This document shows, in pieces, positions 50,101 to 59,191 of a DNA stretch of 64,000 nucleotides. Made by a program: the position numbers and the translations under genes. Below the pieces are notes generated by a model that saw nothing but the letters and a program-made list of their open reading frames with translations, was not told the origin of the DNA and searched no databases. The stretch's first letter is position 1. Each line of letters begins with the position of its first letter. Source of the stretch: Bacteroidales bacterium (GTDB taxonomy: Bacteria > Bacteroidota > Bacteroidia > Bacteroidales > UBA1715); assembly GCA_012519815.1 (NCBI GenBank), contig JAAYPM010000112.1, forward strand, positions 2,330-66,329, in the 5' to 3' direction.

Positions 50101-51036
50101 TTGGGAAAACTTACACAAAGTTCTGGAGAAAAATGGAATATGGGAAATGATTTTGAAAGTGAAGATAAAATGAATAAAGTAACTGTTTTAAAGGCTGTTA
50201 CACTCGAAAGTATTGCGGTTTTTGTTACTGCTAATAATACAAATGTTACTATTAATATGACGCAAAATGGAACAGTTGTACATACTGCTACTGTAACAGG
50301 ATTATCAATAGGTAAACAAACAATTCCTCTTAATTTTTTCCTTATCCCCGGAGAGTATTTAATAGATGCTGTTGGCTCAACAGGAGGTATCTCATTTGAG
50401 GCTTCTGACGCAAATTTCCCATATTCATATGCAGAATATATTTCATTTACCTATAATATTAGTTGGCAAAGTGGTTGGTATGGTTTTTTTTATGACTGGA
50501 AAATAGCAATTGGCTCTGCCTGTGCTCGCACACCTGTTGTTGCTGTAGTTGACCCAACTCATGCTTCGTGTAGTGGAGATAAAACACAAAATATTGCATT
50601 ACAAAAAGGATGGAATTTGATTTCTACCTATATTGATGCATCTGATAAATCAATAGGAACTTTATTTGCGGGATTAGATGTGGCGTTTGTTAAAAATGCA
50701 GATGTGTTTTGGAAACAAGGACTTGCTTCTGAATTAAATCTTTTAAAAAATATTGAACCCGGAAAAGGTTATTTAGTATATATGAATTCAGCAGGTGTTT
50801 TTTCTATAACAGGAAGTGTGTCGGTAGAATCATCGTATATTACATCTTTACATAATGGTTGGAATATGATAGGTTCTCCCTGTACAAATGAATTAACTTC
50901 AATTCCCTTTTCTCATTATTTTAATGCTGCAAATAGCCAAACCATTAAAAATTTTGAAGGATTTTGGAGCGAAAACGACCCTTTATCGTCAATACATAAT
51001 TTTGAACCCGGAAAAGGTTATTTTATTTTAAAATAA
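47131..51036 (+). CDS. Secreted multidomain CAZyme: N-terminal domain, CelD_N-type Ig domain, GH9-like (alpha/alpha)6 domain, 3 Ig-like domains, an unassigned beta-sandwich-like module and an unassigned C-terminal tandem module
   Basis: 1301 aa with a signal peptide. Ig: VRVNIAGY...PGTYRLAVEGIG.SEEFEI. GH9-like: GGHSDALDWDRH (compare DAGD), AESGNGIPDVLDEARNEVDFWLRL, WTLGRNPL, YVYAANEFT. The C-terminal 520 aa are paralogous to the upstream gene. Confidence 0.7.
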   Translation: MKTKQSLLFLVLMCVTFISHATKLVEVKVLDKDYIMLYFLDGEVVFPENVAQLGSRLYTSSTHANDNELITYGTALNTTNAAATTNWRIKSNDDSNFGTVGKTPLNVYRKSKLSGMSQENWNTGTNDYNYDWAYEHVVFLRLPNSMQQGKTYTVEINANTNSDITSKTFVYDIFSSKSEAVRVNIAGYLSNESIKSADVYMWMGDGGARDYAAFEGNDVFIYDVHAKTSQKVGNVSFWKASAGETTHGHQMIRSNVWNADFTGFFTPGTYRLAVEGIGCSEEFEIKADAYSDPFRISTLGFFYMRIGQDNLDMTPVPRRPLYIPGVSPANTVVYITTMHPYHANWDNLCGGDKWDCKDEWAAYSTGRTNPNAYGGHSDALDWDRHLGHVSIIYDLLLPYFLSDGALSDDDMGIAESGNGIPDVLDEARNEVDFWLRLRDGKGYSHGLNNPNNSNVLYQGGNTAVAAWANAANASMLANCFQIAGNTTLFETYRDSAINAYTYASGLTDQMLNKTQGIGAGDIRGRDLKATAAAFLYNITGNTTYENDLNSLSSCTSTTSTIQSGSQNQLYAVAAYLFTKQTVNYPTLYNNMKASLIAEAKNYEANYSTVRPSRRATDNAQGWFVTEMVIQRTIIAHAISEAGANKTLFENALILEADWTLGRNPLNMIQMTTATTNLAHKKSVPNAYTSGWNDGTPGVHPGHTPYMNIDNWGGGMVMGNPTWMTDKNYPSTKDYWPYGEMYYNTRYVYAANEFTPQQTMRGKQALYGYLHAISPAAQQGCATPILTAPTSICGLTSAVLETGLTPGGKTITWYKDDVIIPGQTNTTLTITEGGVYKVKVDSLGCVKTAQKSIASHINVQLGDNKNLCAETEFVLDAGNATIPNVTYQWSTGATTQTITVTKPGTYSVTVTAANCPNASDQITITSQLLNVIGDTICEAGTATLQILGTENYAWFTNATGGVAVEIGNTFTPIVSETTTFYAAESGGFSANLGKLTQSSGEKWNMGNDFESEDKMNKVTVLKAVTLESIAVFVTANNTNVTINMTQNGTVVHTATVTGLSIGKQTIPLNFFLIPGEYLIDAVGSTGGISFEASDANFPYSYAEYISFTYNISWQSGWYGFFYDWKIAIGSACARTPVVAVVDPTHASCSGDKTQNIALQKGWNLISTYIDASDKSIGTLFAGLDVAFVKNADVFWKQGLASELNLLKNIEPGKGYLVYMNSAGVFSITGSVSVESSYITSLHNGWNMIGSPCTNELTSIPFSHYFNAANSQTIKNFEGFWSENDPLSSIHNFEPGKGYFILK
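50584..51033 (+). other. Unassigned C-terminal tandem module, copy in the second CAZyme
   Basis: Repeat 1: LQKGWNLIS...FVKNADVFWK...IEPGKGYLVYMN. Repeat 2: LHNGWNMIGSPC...TIKNFEGFWS...FEPGKGYFILK (end of protein). Confidence 0.7.
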
Positions 51037-51086
51037 AAATTAAAAGTATATTGCACTCTATTTGTTTTTATATATAAAAATTATTC

Positions 51087-51956
51087 ATGCAATTTTTTAC
51101 GCCTCGTATATGGAGTGAGTATCAATTAATTGATTCTGGAAACTTTGAAAAACTTGAACGATTTGGGAAAATAATTTTACAACGACCAGAAACTAATGCT
51201 ATATGGAATAAATCTCTTTCAGATAATGAATGGAAAAAACAAGCACATATTCGTTTTAATGAAACATCAACTAATAGCGGTGAATGGATAAAAGCAGATT
51301 CTATTCCTGATGCTTGGCAAATTTCTTATGATTTGTTTTCAGTTACTTGCAATTTAAAACTTACGGCATTTAAACATATAGGTATATTTCCAGAACAGGC
51401 TGTAAATTGGGAGTATATTCATACAATTTGTAAAAAAAATCAAAATGTACGTGTTTTAAACTTATTTGGATATACCGGAATTGCATCTGTTGTAGCACGT
51501 GCTGCTGGTGCACATGTTACTCATTTAGATTCTATTAAACAGGTGGTGCATTGGACACGAAAAAATATGGAAGATTCAAATCAATCTGATATTCGATGGA
51601 TTATTGAAGATGCACGAAAATTTGTGAGCAAAGAAATAAAACGAGGCAACACATATAATGGAATTATTATGGATCCTCCTGCATTTGGAAGAGGTACGCA
51701 TGGAGAAGAATGGAAATTAGAACGTGATTTGCATAATTTATTAAAAGATGTTGAGAGAATTTTAGATAAAAAAAACTATTTTTTTATCCTTAATACATAT
51801 TCTCAGGGATTTACGCCTTTTATTATTAAAGATTTATTGCATTCAATTTTCATAAATCATGCTGCTCCAAAGGAATTTGGAGAATTATACATACCTGATA
51901 CATTTCAAAAAAAATTACCCTTAGGCGTTATCGGACGATTTACAAATTTACTGTAA
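51087..51956 (+). CDS. Class I SAM-dependent methyltransferase (RlmI/RlmK-like)
   Basis: 289 aa. Motif I-like LNLFGYTGIASV and motif IV IIMDPPAFGRG. Confidence 0.7.
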   Translation: MQFFTPRIWSEYQLIDSGNFEKLERFGKIILQRPETNAIWNKSLSDNEWKKQAHIRFNETSTNSGEWIKADSIPDAWQISYDLFSVTCNLKLTAFKHIGIFPEQAVNWEYIHTICKKNQNVRVLNLFGYTGIASVVARAAGAHVTHLDSIKQVVHWTRKNMEDSNQSDIRWIIEDARKFVSKEIKRGNTYNGIIMDPPAFGRGTHGEEWKLERDLHNLLKDVERILDKKNYFFILNTYSQGFTPFIIKDLLHSIFINHAAPKEFGELYIPDTFQKKLPLGVIGRFTNLL

Positions 51957-51975
51957 AAATATACAAGGAAAACAG

Positions 51976-51983
51976 TATATTTG
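51976..51983 (+). promoter_or_regulatory. -7 box (TATATTTG) upstream of polA
   Basis: Exact TAnnTTTG match 25 nt upstream of the polA ATG. No clear -33 TTG at the expected spacing. Confidence 0.35.
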
Positions 51984-52008
51984 TTACGTACTGAAAAAAC
52001 TATTTTTT

Positions 52009-54795
52009 ATGTCTCAACAAAAAACATTATTCTTAATTGATGGACATGCTATGCTCTATCGCTCATATTTTGCATTTATTAATAATCCGCGAATTAATTC
52101 AAAAGGTGTAAACACTTCGGGTATTTTTGGATTTGTAAATACCTTGCTCGAATTGTTAAAAACACAAAATCCTACGCATATTGGAGTTGTTTTTGACCCG
52201 AAAGGAAAAACGTTTCGATATGAAATGTATGAACAATATAAGGCTAACAGACAAGAAGCTCCAGAGGATTTACGGGCCTCTATTCCTCATATAATTGATA
52301 TTATTCAGGGGTTTAATATACCTGTTATTCAAGTTGAAGGATTTGAAGCTGATGATGTAATAGGTACCCTGGCAAAACAAGCTGTAAAACATGATTTTAC
52401 GGTATATATGGCTACGCCTGATAAGGATTATTGTCAACTTGTTGAAGATAAAATATTTATGTATCGCCCTAAAAGTTTTGGTGGAGGAATAGAAATTTTA
52501 GGAGTGCTCGAAGTGTGCAAAAAATTTGAAGTTACGAAGCCTTCACAAGTAATAGATATTTTAGGATTGTGGGGCGATAGTTCCGATAATGTGCCTGGTG
52601 CACCCGGTGTTGGAGAAAAAACAGCAAAAAAACTTATTGCTGCATATAAAAGTATCGAAGGAATATATGAACATATTGATGATTTAAAAGGGAAACAAAA
52701 AGAAAGACTTATTGAAAATAAAGAGTTGGTTTTACTTTCAAAACAATTAGTTACTATTGATATTAATGTACCAGTGTCGTTTGAAAATTATAATTTTGAG
52801 AGAGAGGATATAAATACGGCAATTTTGCAAGAAAAATTTAAAGAACTTGAATTTCAAAATTTAGCACAACGTATTTTGCAACCAACTCAAACATCAGTAT
52901 CTGAATCTAAAACAACACCTCCCCAGTCTCAACAATTAGATTTATTTAGTCAACCTGCTGAAGAACAAACATATACTTCTTTGTATGAAACGATTGAAAC
53001 AGTTACACATGCATATTATATTGTTGATACTCCAACGCTTTTAGAACGTTTACTTTCTGATTTGCAATCTGTTCCGGAATTTTGTTTTGACGTAGAAACT
53101 ACTTCTCTCAATAGTATAAATGCAGAATTATGTGGTATTGCGTTTTCGTGGGAACCTCATAAGGCTTTTTATGTTCCTTTTCCTGTAAATCAAGAGCAAG
53201 CACAGGAATTTGCTAAGAAATTTATTCCTGTTTTTAATTCTCCATCAAAAAAAATTGGGCAAAATCTTAAGTTTGATATTTCTGTACTTGCAAATTATGA
53301 TATTTCTGTTTCTGGAGAATTATTCGACACCCTGCTTGCTCATTATATTATTCAACCCGAAGGCAGACATAGATTGGAATCGCTTGCTCAGAAATATTTA
53401 AATTATGAAATGCTTCCTATCGAAAAACTTATTGGTAAAAAAGGAGCAACACAAGCTTCGTTTCGCGATGTGCCACTTGATATAGCAAAAGAATATGCTG
53501 CTGAGGATGCGGATATTACATTTCAATTGTATCCTATTTTAAAACAAGAATTAGAACAACGAAAACAATATGAATTATTTGCTACTATTGAAACTCCTTT
53601 GATTCCCGTTTTGTGTGCTATGGAACGAGCAGGTGTTTCAATTGATTCAAAAGCTCTTGGCGATTTTTCTGAAACGCTTACACATGAAATTCGGGCAATT
53701 GAAACAAAAATTTATGAGTATGCTGAACAGGAATTTAATATTGCCTCGCCAAAACAACTTGGTGAAATTTTATTTGATAAATTAGCAATTACCGATAAGG
53801 CTAAAAAAACAAAAACAAAACAATATGCTACGGGCGAAAATGTGCTGCAAAAACTTATTCATCTTCATCCTATTATTCCTAATATACTTGAATATAGAGA
53901 ATTAAAAAAATTGCTTTCAACCTATGTAGATGCATTGCCTTTATTGGTTCATGAACGCACAAAAAAAATACATGCCTCATTTAATCAGGCAGTTGTAGCA
54001 ACAGGGCGTTTAAGTTCAACAAATCCAAATTTGCAAAATATTCCTATTAAAACTGCTAAGGGGCGAGAAATACGACGAGCTTTTATACCTTCTGATGAAA
54101 ATCATGTTTTTGTATCTGCCGATTATTCACAAATTGAATTGCGAATAGTTGCACATATGAGTGAGGATAAAAATCTTATTCAAGCGTTTTTACATAACGA
54201 AGATATACATACCGCAACAGCATCTAAAATTTTTCAACTTTCTCAAGATGAGGTAACTCCAGAGCAACGGCGACAGGCAAAATCGGCAAACTTTGCAATT
54301 ATATATGGTTCGTCGGCATTTGGATTATCGCAATCGCTTGATATTTCAAGAACTGATGCACAATTTCTTATTGATGGATATTTTGCATCATATCCGAATG
54401 TGAAAAACTTTATGGATATGCAGATACAAAAAGCACGTGAAACGGGATATGTGGAAACGCTGTTTGCTCGCAGACGATATGTGCCTGATATAAATTCTCA
54501 GAATGCTACTGTTCGTGGGTATGCTGAACGAAATGCTATAAATGCTCCTATTCAGGGGACTGCTGCCGATATTATGAAAATTGCAATGATTCGAATTTAT
54601 AATGAAATGCGTGCTAAAAAGCTCAAAAGCACACTTATTATGCAGGTGCATGATGAGTTAAATTTTGATGTGTGTATTTCTGAACTTGAAATTATGAAAC
54701 GCATTATTACCGAACATATGCAACAAGCGGTTACGCTTTCTGTTCCCTTATTAGTGGAACTTGGAGTAGGTAATAATTGGTTGGAAGCACATTAA
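52009..54795 (+). CDS. polA: DNA polymerase I
   Basis: 928 aa. It has a 5'-3' exonuclease N-terminus, a 3'-5' exonuclease region (FDVETTSL), and polymerase motifs DYSQIELRIVAH, RRQAKSANFAIIYG and QVHDEL. Confidence 0.97.
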   Translation: MSQQKTLFLIDGHAMLYRSYFAFINNPRINSKGVNTSGIFGFVNTLLELLKTQNPTHIGVVFDPKGKTFRYEMYEQYKANRQEAPEDLRASIPHIIDIIQGFNIPVIQVEGFEADDVIGTLAKQAVKHDFTVYMATPDKDYCQLVEDKIFMYRPKSFGGGIEILGVLEVCKKFEVTKPSQVIDILGLWGDSSDNVPGAPGVGEKTAKKLIAAYKSIEGIYEHIDDLKGKQKERLIENKELVLLSKQLVTIDINVPVSFENYNFEREDINTAILQEKFKELEFQNLAQRILQPTQTSVSESKTTPPQSQQLDLFSQPAEEQTYTSLYETIETVTHAYYIVDTPTLLERLLSDLQSVPEFCFDVETTSLNSINAELCGIAFSWEPHKAFYVPFPVNQEQAQEFAKKFIPVFNSPSKKIGQNLKFDISVLANYDISVSGELFDTLLAHYIIQPEGRHRLESLAQKYLNYEMLPIEKLIGKKGATQASFRDVPLDIAKEYAAEDADITFQLYPILKQELEQRKQYELFATIETPLIPVLCAMERAGVSIDSKALGDFSETLTHEIRAIETKIYEYAEQEFNIASPKQLGEILFDKLAITDKAKKTKTKQYATGENVLQKLIHLHPIIPNILEYRELKKLLSTYVDALPLLVHERTKKIHASFNQAVVATGRLSSTNPNLQNIPIKTAKGREIRRAFIPSDENHVFVSADYSQIELRIVAHMSEDKNLIQAFLHNEDIHTATASKIFQLSQDEVTPEQRRQAKSANFAIIYGSSAFGLSQSLDISRTDAQFLIDGYFASYPNVKNFMDMQIQKARETGYVETLFARRRYVPDINSQNATVRGYAERNAINAPIQGTAADIMKIAMIRIYNEMRAKKLKSTLIMQVHDELNFDVCISELEIMKRIITEHMQQAVTLSVPLLVELGVGNNWLEAH

Positions 54796-54803
54796 ATAAA
54801 AAA

Positions 54804-54837
54804 GAGAGTGTACAAAATTTGTACACTCTCTTTTTTT
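54804..54837. terminator. Bidirectional rho-independent terminator between polA and the convergent membrane-protein gene
   Basis: Near-perfect palindrome GAGAGTGTACAAA-A-TTTGTACACTCTC (54804-54830), flanked by an A-run and a 7-T run. Confidence 0.8.
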
Positions 54838-54856
54838 ATTACTAGTATAAATTATA

Positions 54857-55627
54857 TTAATCTCTATTTGCAAACATTGAAAGTAATCTAAGAATTTCAA
54901 TATATAACCAAATTAATGTTAGCATTAGTCCAAAAGCTGCGTACCATTCCATAAATTTTGGAGCTTCTTGTTGCACACCATCTTCAATAAATTTAAAATC
55001 TAAAATAAGATTTAAGGCTGCTATTGCAACAATTACTAAACTCACAACAATTCCAATAGGACCGCCACTATGTAAAAAAGGTATGTTAACTCCAAAAAGT
55101 CCCATAATAAGATTTACAAAATATAAAAGAGCAATGGCACCTGTTGCTGCTACTACTCCTAATATAAATTTTTTGGTGGGTTTAATAATTTGATTTCTGT
55201 AGAGTAAAAACATTAATAAAAATACTGCAAATGTTAAAGCTACAGCTTTCATTACAATTCCAGATTGGGTAGTTGCTGCACCTGTTTCGGTAACCAAAAA
55301 ACTTGCTTCAATAAAAGCAGATAATCCTCCTAAAAATAGCCCTTGAAAAACGGCATAGAGAGGTGCGGTAATATGTGCCCATTCTTTTTTGAAGATAGTT
55401 ACTAATGAAAAAATAAAGCCTAAAATAAGCCCAGTTGTCATAATTCCTCCAACTGACGTATTGCCTTGAAATACCATATTCCAAGTAAATGATGCTGCAA
55501 CTACTACTAATAATAAAAGCAGAATACTTTTATTCATGGTGCCTTGCATTGTCATAACACCTTGTGTCGCTGTGTGTGTGGTGAAGTTTGCTTTTGCAAA
55601 AGCTGGATTTGATGATTTGTTAAACAT
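54857..55627 (-). CDS. Bax inhibitor-1/YccA-like membrane protein
   Basis: 256 aa. N-terminus MFNKSSNPAF followed by about 7 TM segments, the pattern of the BaxI_1 family. Confidence 0.6.
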   Translation of the reverse strand: MFNKSSNPAFAKANFTTHTATQGVMTMQGTMNKSILLLLLVVVAASFTWNMVFQGNTSVGGIMTTGLILGFIFSLVTIFKKEWAHITAPLYAVFQGLFLGGLSAFIEASFLVTETGAATTQSGIVMKAVALTFAVFLLMFLLYRNQIIKPTKKFILGVVAATGAIALLYFVNLIMGLFGVNIPFLHSGGPIGIVVSLVIVAIAALNLILDFKFIEDGVQQEAPKFMEWYAAFGLMLTLIWLYIEILRLLSMFANRD

Positions 55628-55687
55628 AATTTTTGTGTTTTTTTATAATTATTACTTTTAATAAACGCTTTCGATATCGTTTTAGTA

Positions 55688-56350
55688 TTAACAATAATTT
55701 AATACCTGAAGCATATCTTTTGCAAGCAGTTCAAACTCTGTTCCTTCGTTTTTTGCAAGTACACGTTTTGTAGCCTGCTCAATTGGTCCTTTAAGACCAG
55801 GATTTCGGAATGCCACTTCTTGAAAAGCATTTATAACGGCATTTCTTACAAAAAAACTGCCATGAGTAAAATCGCGTTCATATTCGGGTAAAAACTTAGA
55901 TAAATCTCTAAAACTGACATGTTTTATACGATTTGCAACCCTATTTGCTAGCATGTAGCCTGTCATTTTGACAAATTCACGCTCGTCTTGAATCCATTCG
56001 TATGCTCTGTCAATAGCAAATGGAATATGAGGAAGCAAATGTAATGATGCTATTTCAACCATTTCATGATTAGTAAATGAATAAATGATTGATTGCAATT
56101 CTTGAATTTCTATTGTTTTTGGGTCGGCAAGCATAAGTGCAAGAAGTTTTGCTTCTCTAAAATCTTGTTCCCACAGTTTGCGAGAAAGTTCTTGATTTTT
56201 AGGGTGTTTTTTTGCATAATCATATAATAATGATGACGAAACACCATATATCATATTGTATTGCAACCCTCTGTATCTGAGCATTTCTGCAACTTCACCA
56301 TCTTGATGATGTTTAATAAATGCAATAGCTTCTGAAAATTGTTTTTGCAT
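55688..56350 (-). CDS. HEAT-repeat DNA alkylation repair (AlkD-like) protein
   Basis: 220 aa from the internal Met (MQKQFSEAIAFIK). All-helical, with a weak resemblance to PF08713-type proteins. The ORF-track start at 56425 adds a low-complexity extension. Confidence 0.45.
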   Translation of the reverse strand: MQKQFSEAIAFIKHHQDGEVAEMLRYRGLQYNMIYGVSSSLLYDYAKKHPKNQELSRKLWEQDFREAKLLALMLADPKTIEIQELQSIIYSFTNHEMVEIASLHLLPHIPFAIDRAYEWIQDEREFVKMTGYMLANRVANRIKHVSFRDLSKFLPEYERDFTHGSFFVRNAVINAFQEVAFRNPGLKGPIEQATKRVLAKNEGTEFELLAKDMLQVLNYC

Positions 56351-56433
56351 GTTTTTTTTATTTTGGGTATAAAAATAACAAAAGTATATGACATTCTTAC
56401 TGTAAGATTTCTTATTTTTATACAATAAATAAG

Positions 56434-57201
56434 ATGTTTTTTATGACAACCTACGGATTATCATTAAGTGGTGGCGGTGCTCGTGCAATTATACAGTTGG
56501 GCGTGTTGCAAGCCTTGTATGAACGCAATATTCGTCCGTCTGTAGTGGCTGGCACAAGTATGGGAGCAGTTATAGGCGTTTTTATTGCCGCAGGATTTGA
56601 GCCAAATGCTATCCGTACTATTTTTAAAAAAAATATAGAAACACTTTCGTTTTCATGGCTTTCGCTTTTACATTCACGACATCGGAGTCTTGCAACACTT
56701 TTAAATGTATTGAAAGAATATATACCAAAAAATAATTTCGAAACGCTTTCTTTGCCTTTATATGTGTCGGTTACAAATTTAAATACGGGAAAAAATGAGG
56801 TGATTTCATCGGGTAAATTATTTGAATTTATTATTGCTTCGGCAACAATACCTGTTTTATTTAAACCAAAAATTATTGATGGAATATTTTACGTAGATGG
56901 TGGAGTTACTAATAATTTCCCCGCACGAATATTACAAGGAAAAGCAGATAAAATTATTGGTATTCATGTAAATTATATTGCAGCTGAAGATACGTTTAAT
57001 GGTGTTATTGATATTGCCGAACGAATATATCAAGTGAGTATGTACAATACGGTGCATAATAAAATTCATTTATGCGATTATTTTTTAGACCCACCACAAG
57101 CTCGAAAATACAATACATTTGATTTTGAAAAAATTGATGAAATTTATAATCTTGGATATACTGTAGGTGTTCCATTTGCGAAAAAAATTTGTGCTGTGTA
57201 A
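56434..57201 (+). CDS. Patatin-like phospholipase
   Basis: 255 aa. Contains the oxyanion motif GGGARAIIQLGVL, the nucleophile GTSMGA and the catalytic Asp motif VDGG. Confidence 0.9.
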   Translation: MFFMTTYGLSLSGGGARAIIQLGVLQALYERNIRPSVVAGTSMGAVIGVFIAAGFEPNAIRTIFKKNIETLSFSWLSLLHSRHRSLATLLNVLKEYIPKNNFETLSLPLYVSVTNLNTGKNEVISSGKLFEFIIASATIPVLFKPKIIDGIFYVDGGVTNNFPARILQGKADKIIGIHVNYIAAEDTFNGVIDIAERIYQVSMYNTVHNKIHLCDYFLDPPQARKYNTFDFEKIDEIYNLGYTVGVPFAKKICAV

Positions 57202-57325
57202 TAGATTTATCATGCAGTATTACACCTAAATCTATTTACATCTATTATTTTAATTTTTTACTAAAAAGCAAATAAATATATCCACATACTTGGAAAACAG
57301 GTGTGTAATAGCGTACATTTGTTGT

Positions 57326-57651
57326 GCAGAAAATCGTTCTATCGCTCCGAATAGGAGAGGAAAGTCCGGACAACGCAGGGCATCGTACTGTTGAAAGAAC
57401 AGATACTTGTGAAAGTATAGTATGGTAGAAGAAAATAACCGTCTGCCTTTGGTAGATAAGGGTGAGAAGGTGGGGTAAAAGCCCACCGGTATTACGTGCG
57501 AACGTAATAGCCGTACCACTTACGAGTTGCAAGACCATGTAAACCAACGCTTGAGAGCTGCCCGCTCGATGTTGGAGGGTAGGTTGCATTAGATAAATGA
57601 TAGAAAATTTGCATTATGCAAATTACAGAATCTGGCTTATAGATTTTCTGC
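57326..57651 (+). ncRNA. rnpB: RNase P RNA, bacterial type A
   Basis: Plus-strand conserved blocks: GAGGAAAGTCCGGAC, GGGTGAGAAGGTGGGGTAAAAGCCCACC and ACAGAATCTGGCTTAT. The P1 stem GCAGAAAATC (57326-57335) pairs with GATTTTCTGC (57642-57651), followed by a T-run. Confidence 0.92.
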
Positions 57652-57706
57652 TTTTTTATAGTCCTTTTTTAGCATGCAAAATAAAGCACACTTTATTTTA
57701 CATGTG

Positions 57707-59107
57707 TTATTTAGAAATATATGTTCTAAAAATTTTTGCAATATCGGTATTATCAATCATGCCTTGAAATGCTTCGCTGCCAGCACCAATAGAAATTAAT
57801 GGAACTTGAATGCCTGAATGTGCATGGGTTGTCCAACCTATTCCTGCTTTTTCGGCAATAATTCTATTCATAGTGATACAAAATGCTGACACATTTTTTT
57901 GCCTTTCGTTTGCAGGTTTTGAAATAGAATACAATCGTTGTGCAAGTTCTGGAGCAGGAACTTTGGTGAGTGTAATAAAATCATAGGCTGCTTGTAATCG
58001 AGAAATGTCTTCGGTATTTAATTCAATTTCATCAAGCATATAATATCGACTTACAGTGTCCATAATTGTTTTAAAAGAAACCTGCGGATTTTGAGTAAAC
58101 ATTTCACCTAACAGTTGCTCAAACATAGAATATGAAATATGTTGATGTTGTAATATGCTCATATTTGTAGCATATGGATAATTAGCTGAACCTAAAGCCA
58201 TACCTCCCGTTTCATGGTCGGCAGTTATAACTATAAGTGTTTCGTCGGGATTTTGAGCGTAAAAGGCAAGTGCTTCTTTAATAGCATTATCAAGTTCAAT
58301 AACTTCGTGAATTACAGTAGCTACATCATTTGCATGTGAAGCCCAATCAATTTTACCACTTTCAATAACAAGTACAAATCCATTTTCGTTTGAAAGACAC
58401 GATAAGGCACTGCGTGTAACATCAGAAAGTTTAAATCCATTGTGTGGATTGTCAATTCTATATGGAAATACTCCTTCTGTATTATATGCTAGTATATTCG
58501 AAAATTCGTGAGCGTATGCAAGGCTATCGGCATTTGAAATTAAAACATATCCTTTTTTACGAGCGTTTTCGTATGCGTTTACACCATCTTTTTCAGGATC
58601 TATAAATCCACCTCCTGCAAAAAAATCAAAATGAGCATCTGGAAGTTGTAGAGAAATTTCATGATAATTATTTCGACTTGTTGAATGTGCATAAAAAGAT
58701 GCTGGTGTAGCGTGGTCAATACTTACACAAGAAACAACACCTACTTTTTTGCCAGCACGTTTTGCATCAAGAGTAAAGCTATACAGCGTATCTATTTCAT
58801 TTGAAGCCATGCCTAACAGTCCGTTATTTGTTTTTGTTCCTGTAGAAATTGCTGTTCCTGCTGCCGACGAACAAGTAATATATGAGTTTGCCGAATGTGT
58901 TGTTATAAAACCTTTGCCGGGTAAATATAAAAAACCTAAACTATCTTGAGACGTAGCCCGTAAATACGCATCAGCAGCTTGTATATGTGCTAAACCCATG
59001 CCGTCGCCAATAAAAAGAATGAGGTTTTTTGGTTGTTTTTCTACGGTAGAATGAGTACATGATTGAAAAAAACAAGCAAAAATAGAAAGTATCAATATAA
59101 ATTTCAT
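57707..59107 (-). CDS. Alkaline phosphatase (PhoA family), secreted lipoprotein
   Basis: Start at the internal Met with signal/lipobox MKFILILSIFACFFQSC. Contains the metal site FIGDGMGLAH, the active-site Ser region TCSSAAGTAISTG, and ADHETGG. Confidence 0.9.
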   Translation of the reverse strand: MKFILILSIFACFFQSCTHSTVEKQPKNLILFIGDGMGLAHIQAADAYLRATSQDSLGFLYLPGKGFITTHSANSYITCSSAAGTAISTGTKTNNGLLGMASNEIDTLYSFTLDAKRAGKKVGVVSCVSIDHATPASFYAHSTSRNNYHEISLQLPDAHFDFFAGGGFIDPEKDGVNAYENARKKGYVLISNADSLAYAHEFSNILAYNTEGVFPYRIDNPHNGFKLSDVTRSALSCLSNENGFVLVIESGKIDWASHANDVATVIHEVIELDNAIKEALAFYAQNPDETLIVITADHETGGMALGSANYPYATNMSILQHQHISYSMFEQLLGEMFTQNPQVSFKTIMDTVSRYYMLDEIELNTEDISRLQAAYDFITLTKVPAPELAQRLYSISKPANERQKNVSAFCITMNRIIAEKAGIGWTTHAHSGIQVPLISIGAGSEAFQGMIDNTDIAKIFRTYISK

Positions 59108-59191
59108 CGTATTTAATTTTAAGTTATAGTTCAAAAGTATAACTTTACTTTGTTTTAAAAAATTTTTACACAAAAGAAAAAAAATTAATAA

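Noticed and set aside
43306-51036. Classical polysaccharide utilisation locus (PUL)
   Set aside because: No SusC-like TonB-dependent transporter or SusD-like gene lies anywhere nearby. The locus is CAZymes plus a kinase only.
57245-57589. Two overlapping minus-strand ORFs (114 aa and 89 aa) in the patatin/phosphatase intergenic region
   Set aside because: The plus strand here is an unmistakable RNase P RNA (GAGGAAAGTCCGGAC, ACAGAATCTGGCTTAT and a paired P1 stem). The ORFs are antisense artefacts.
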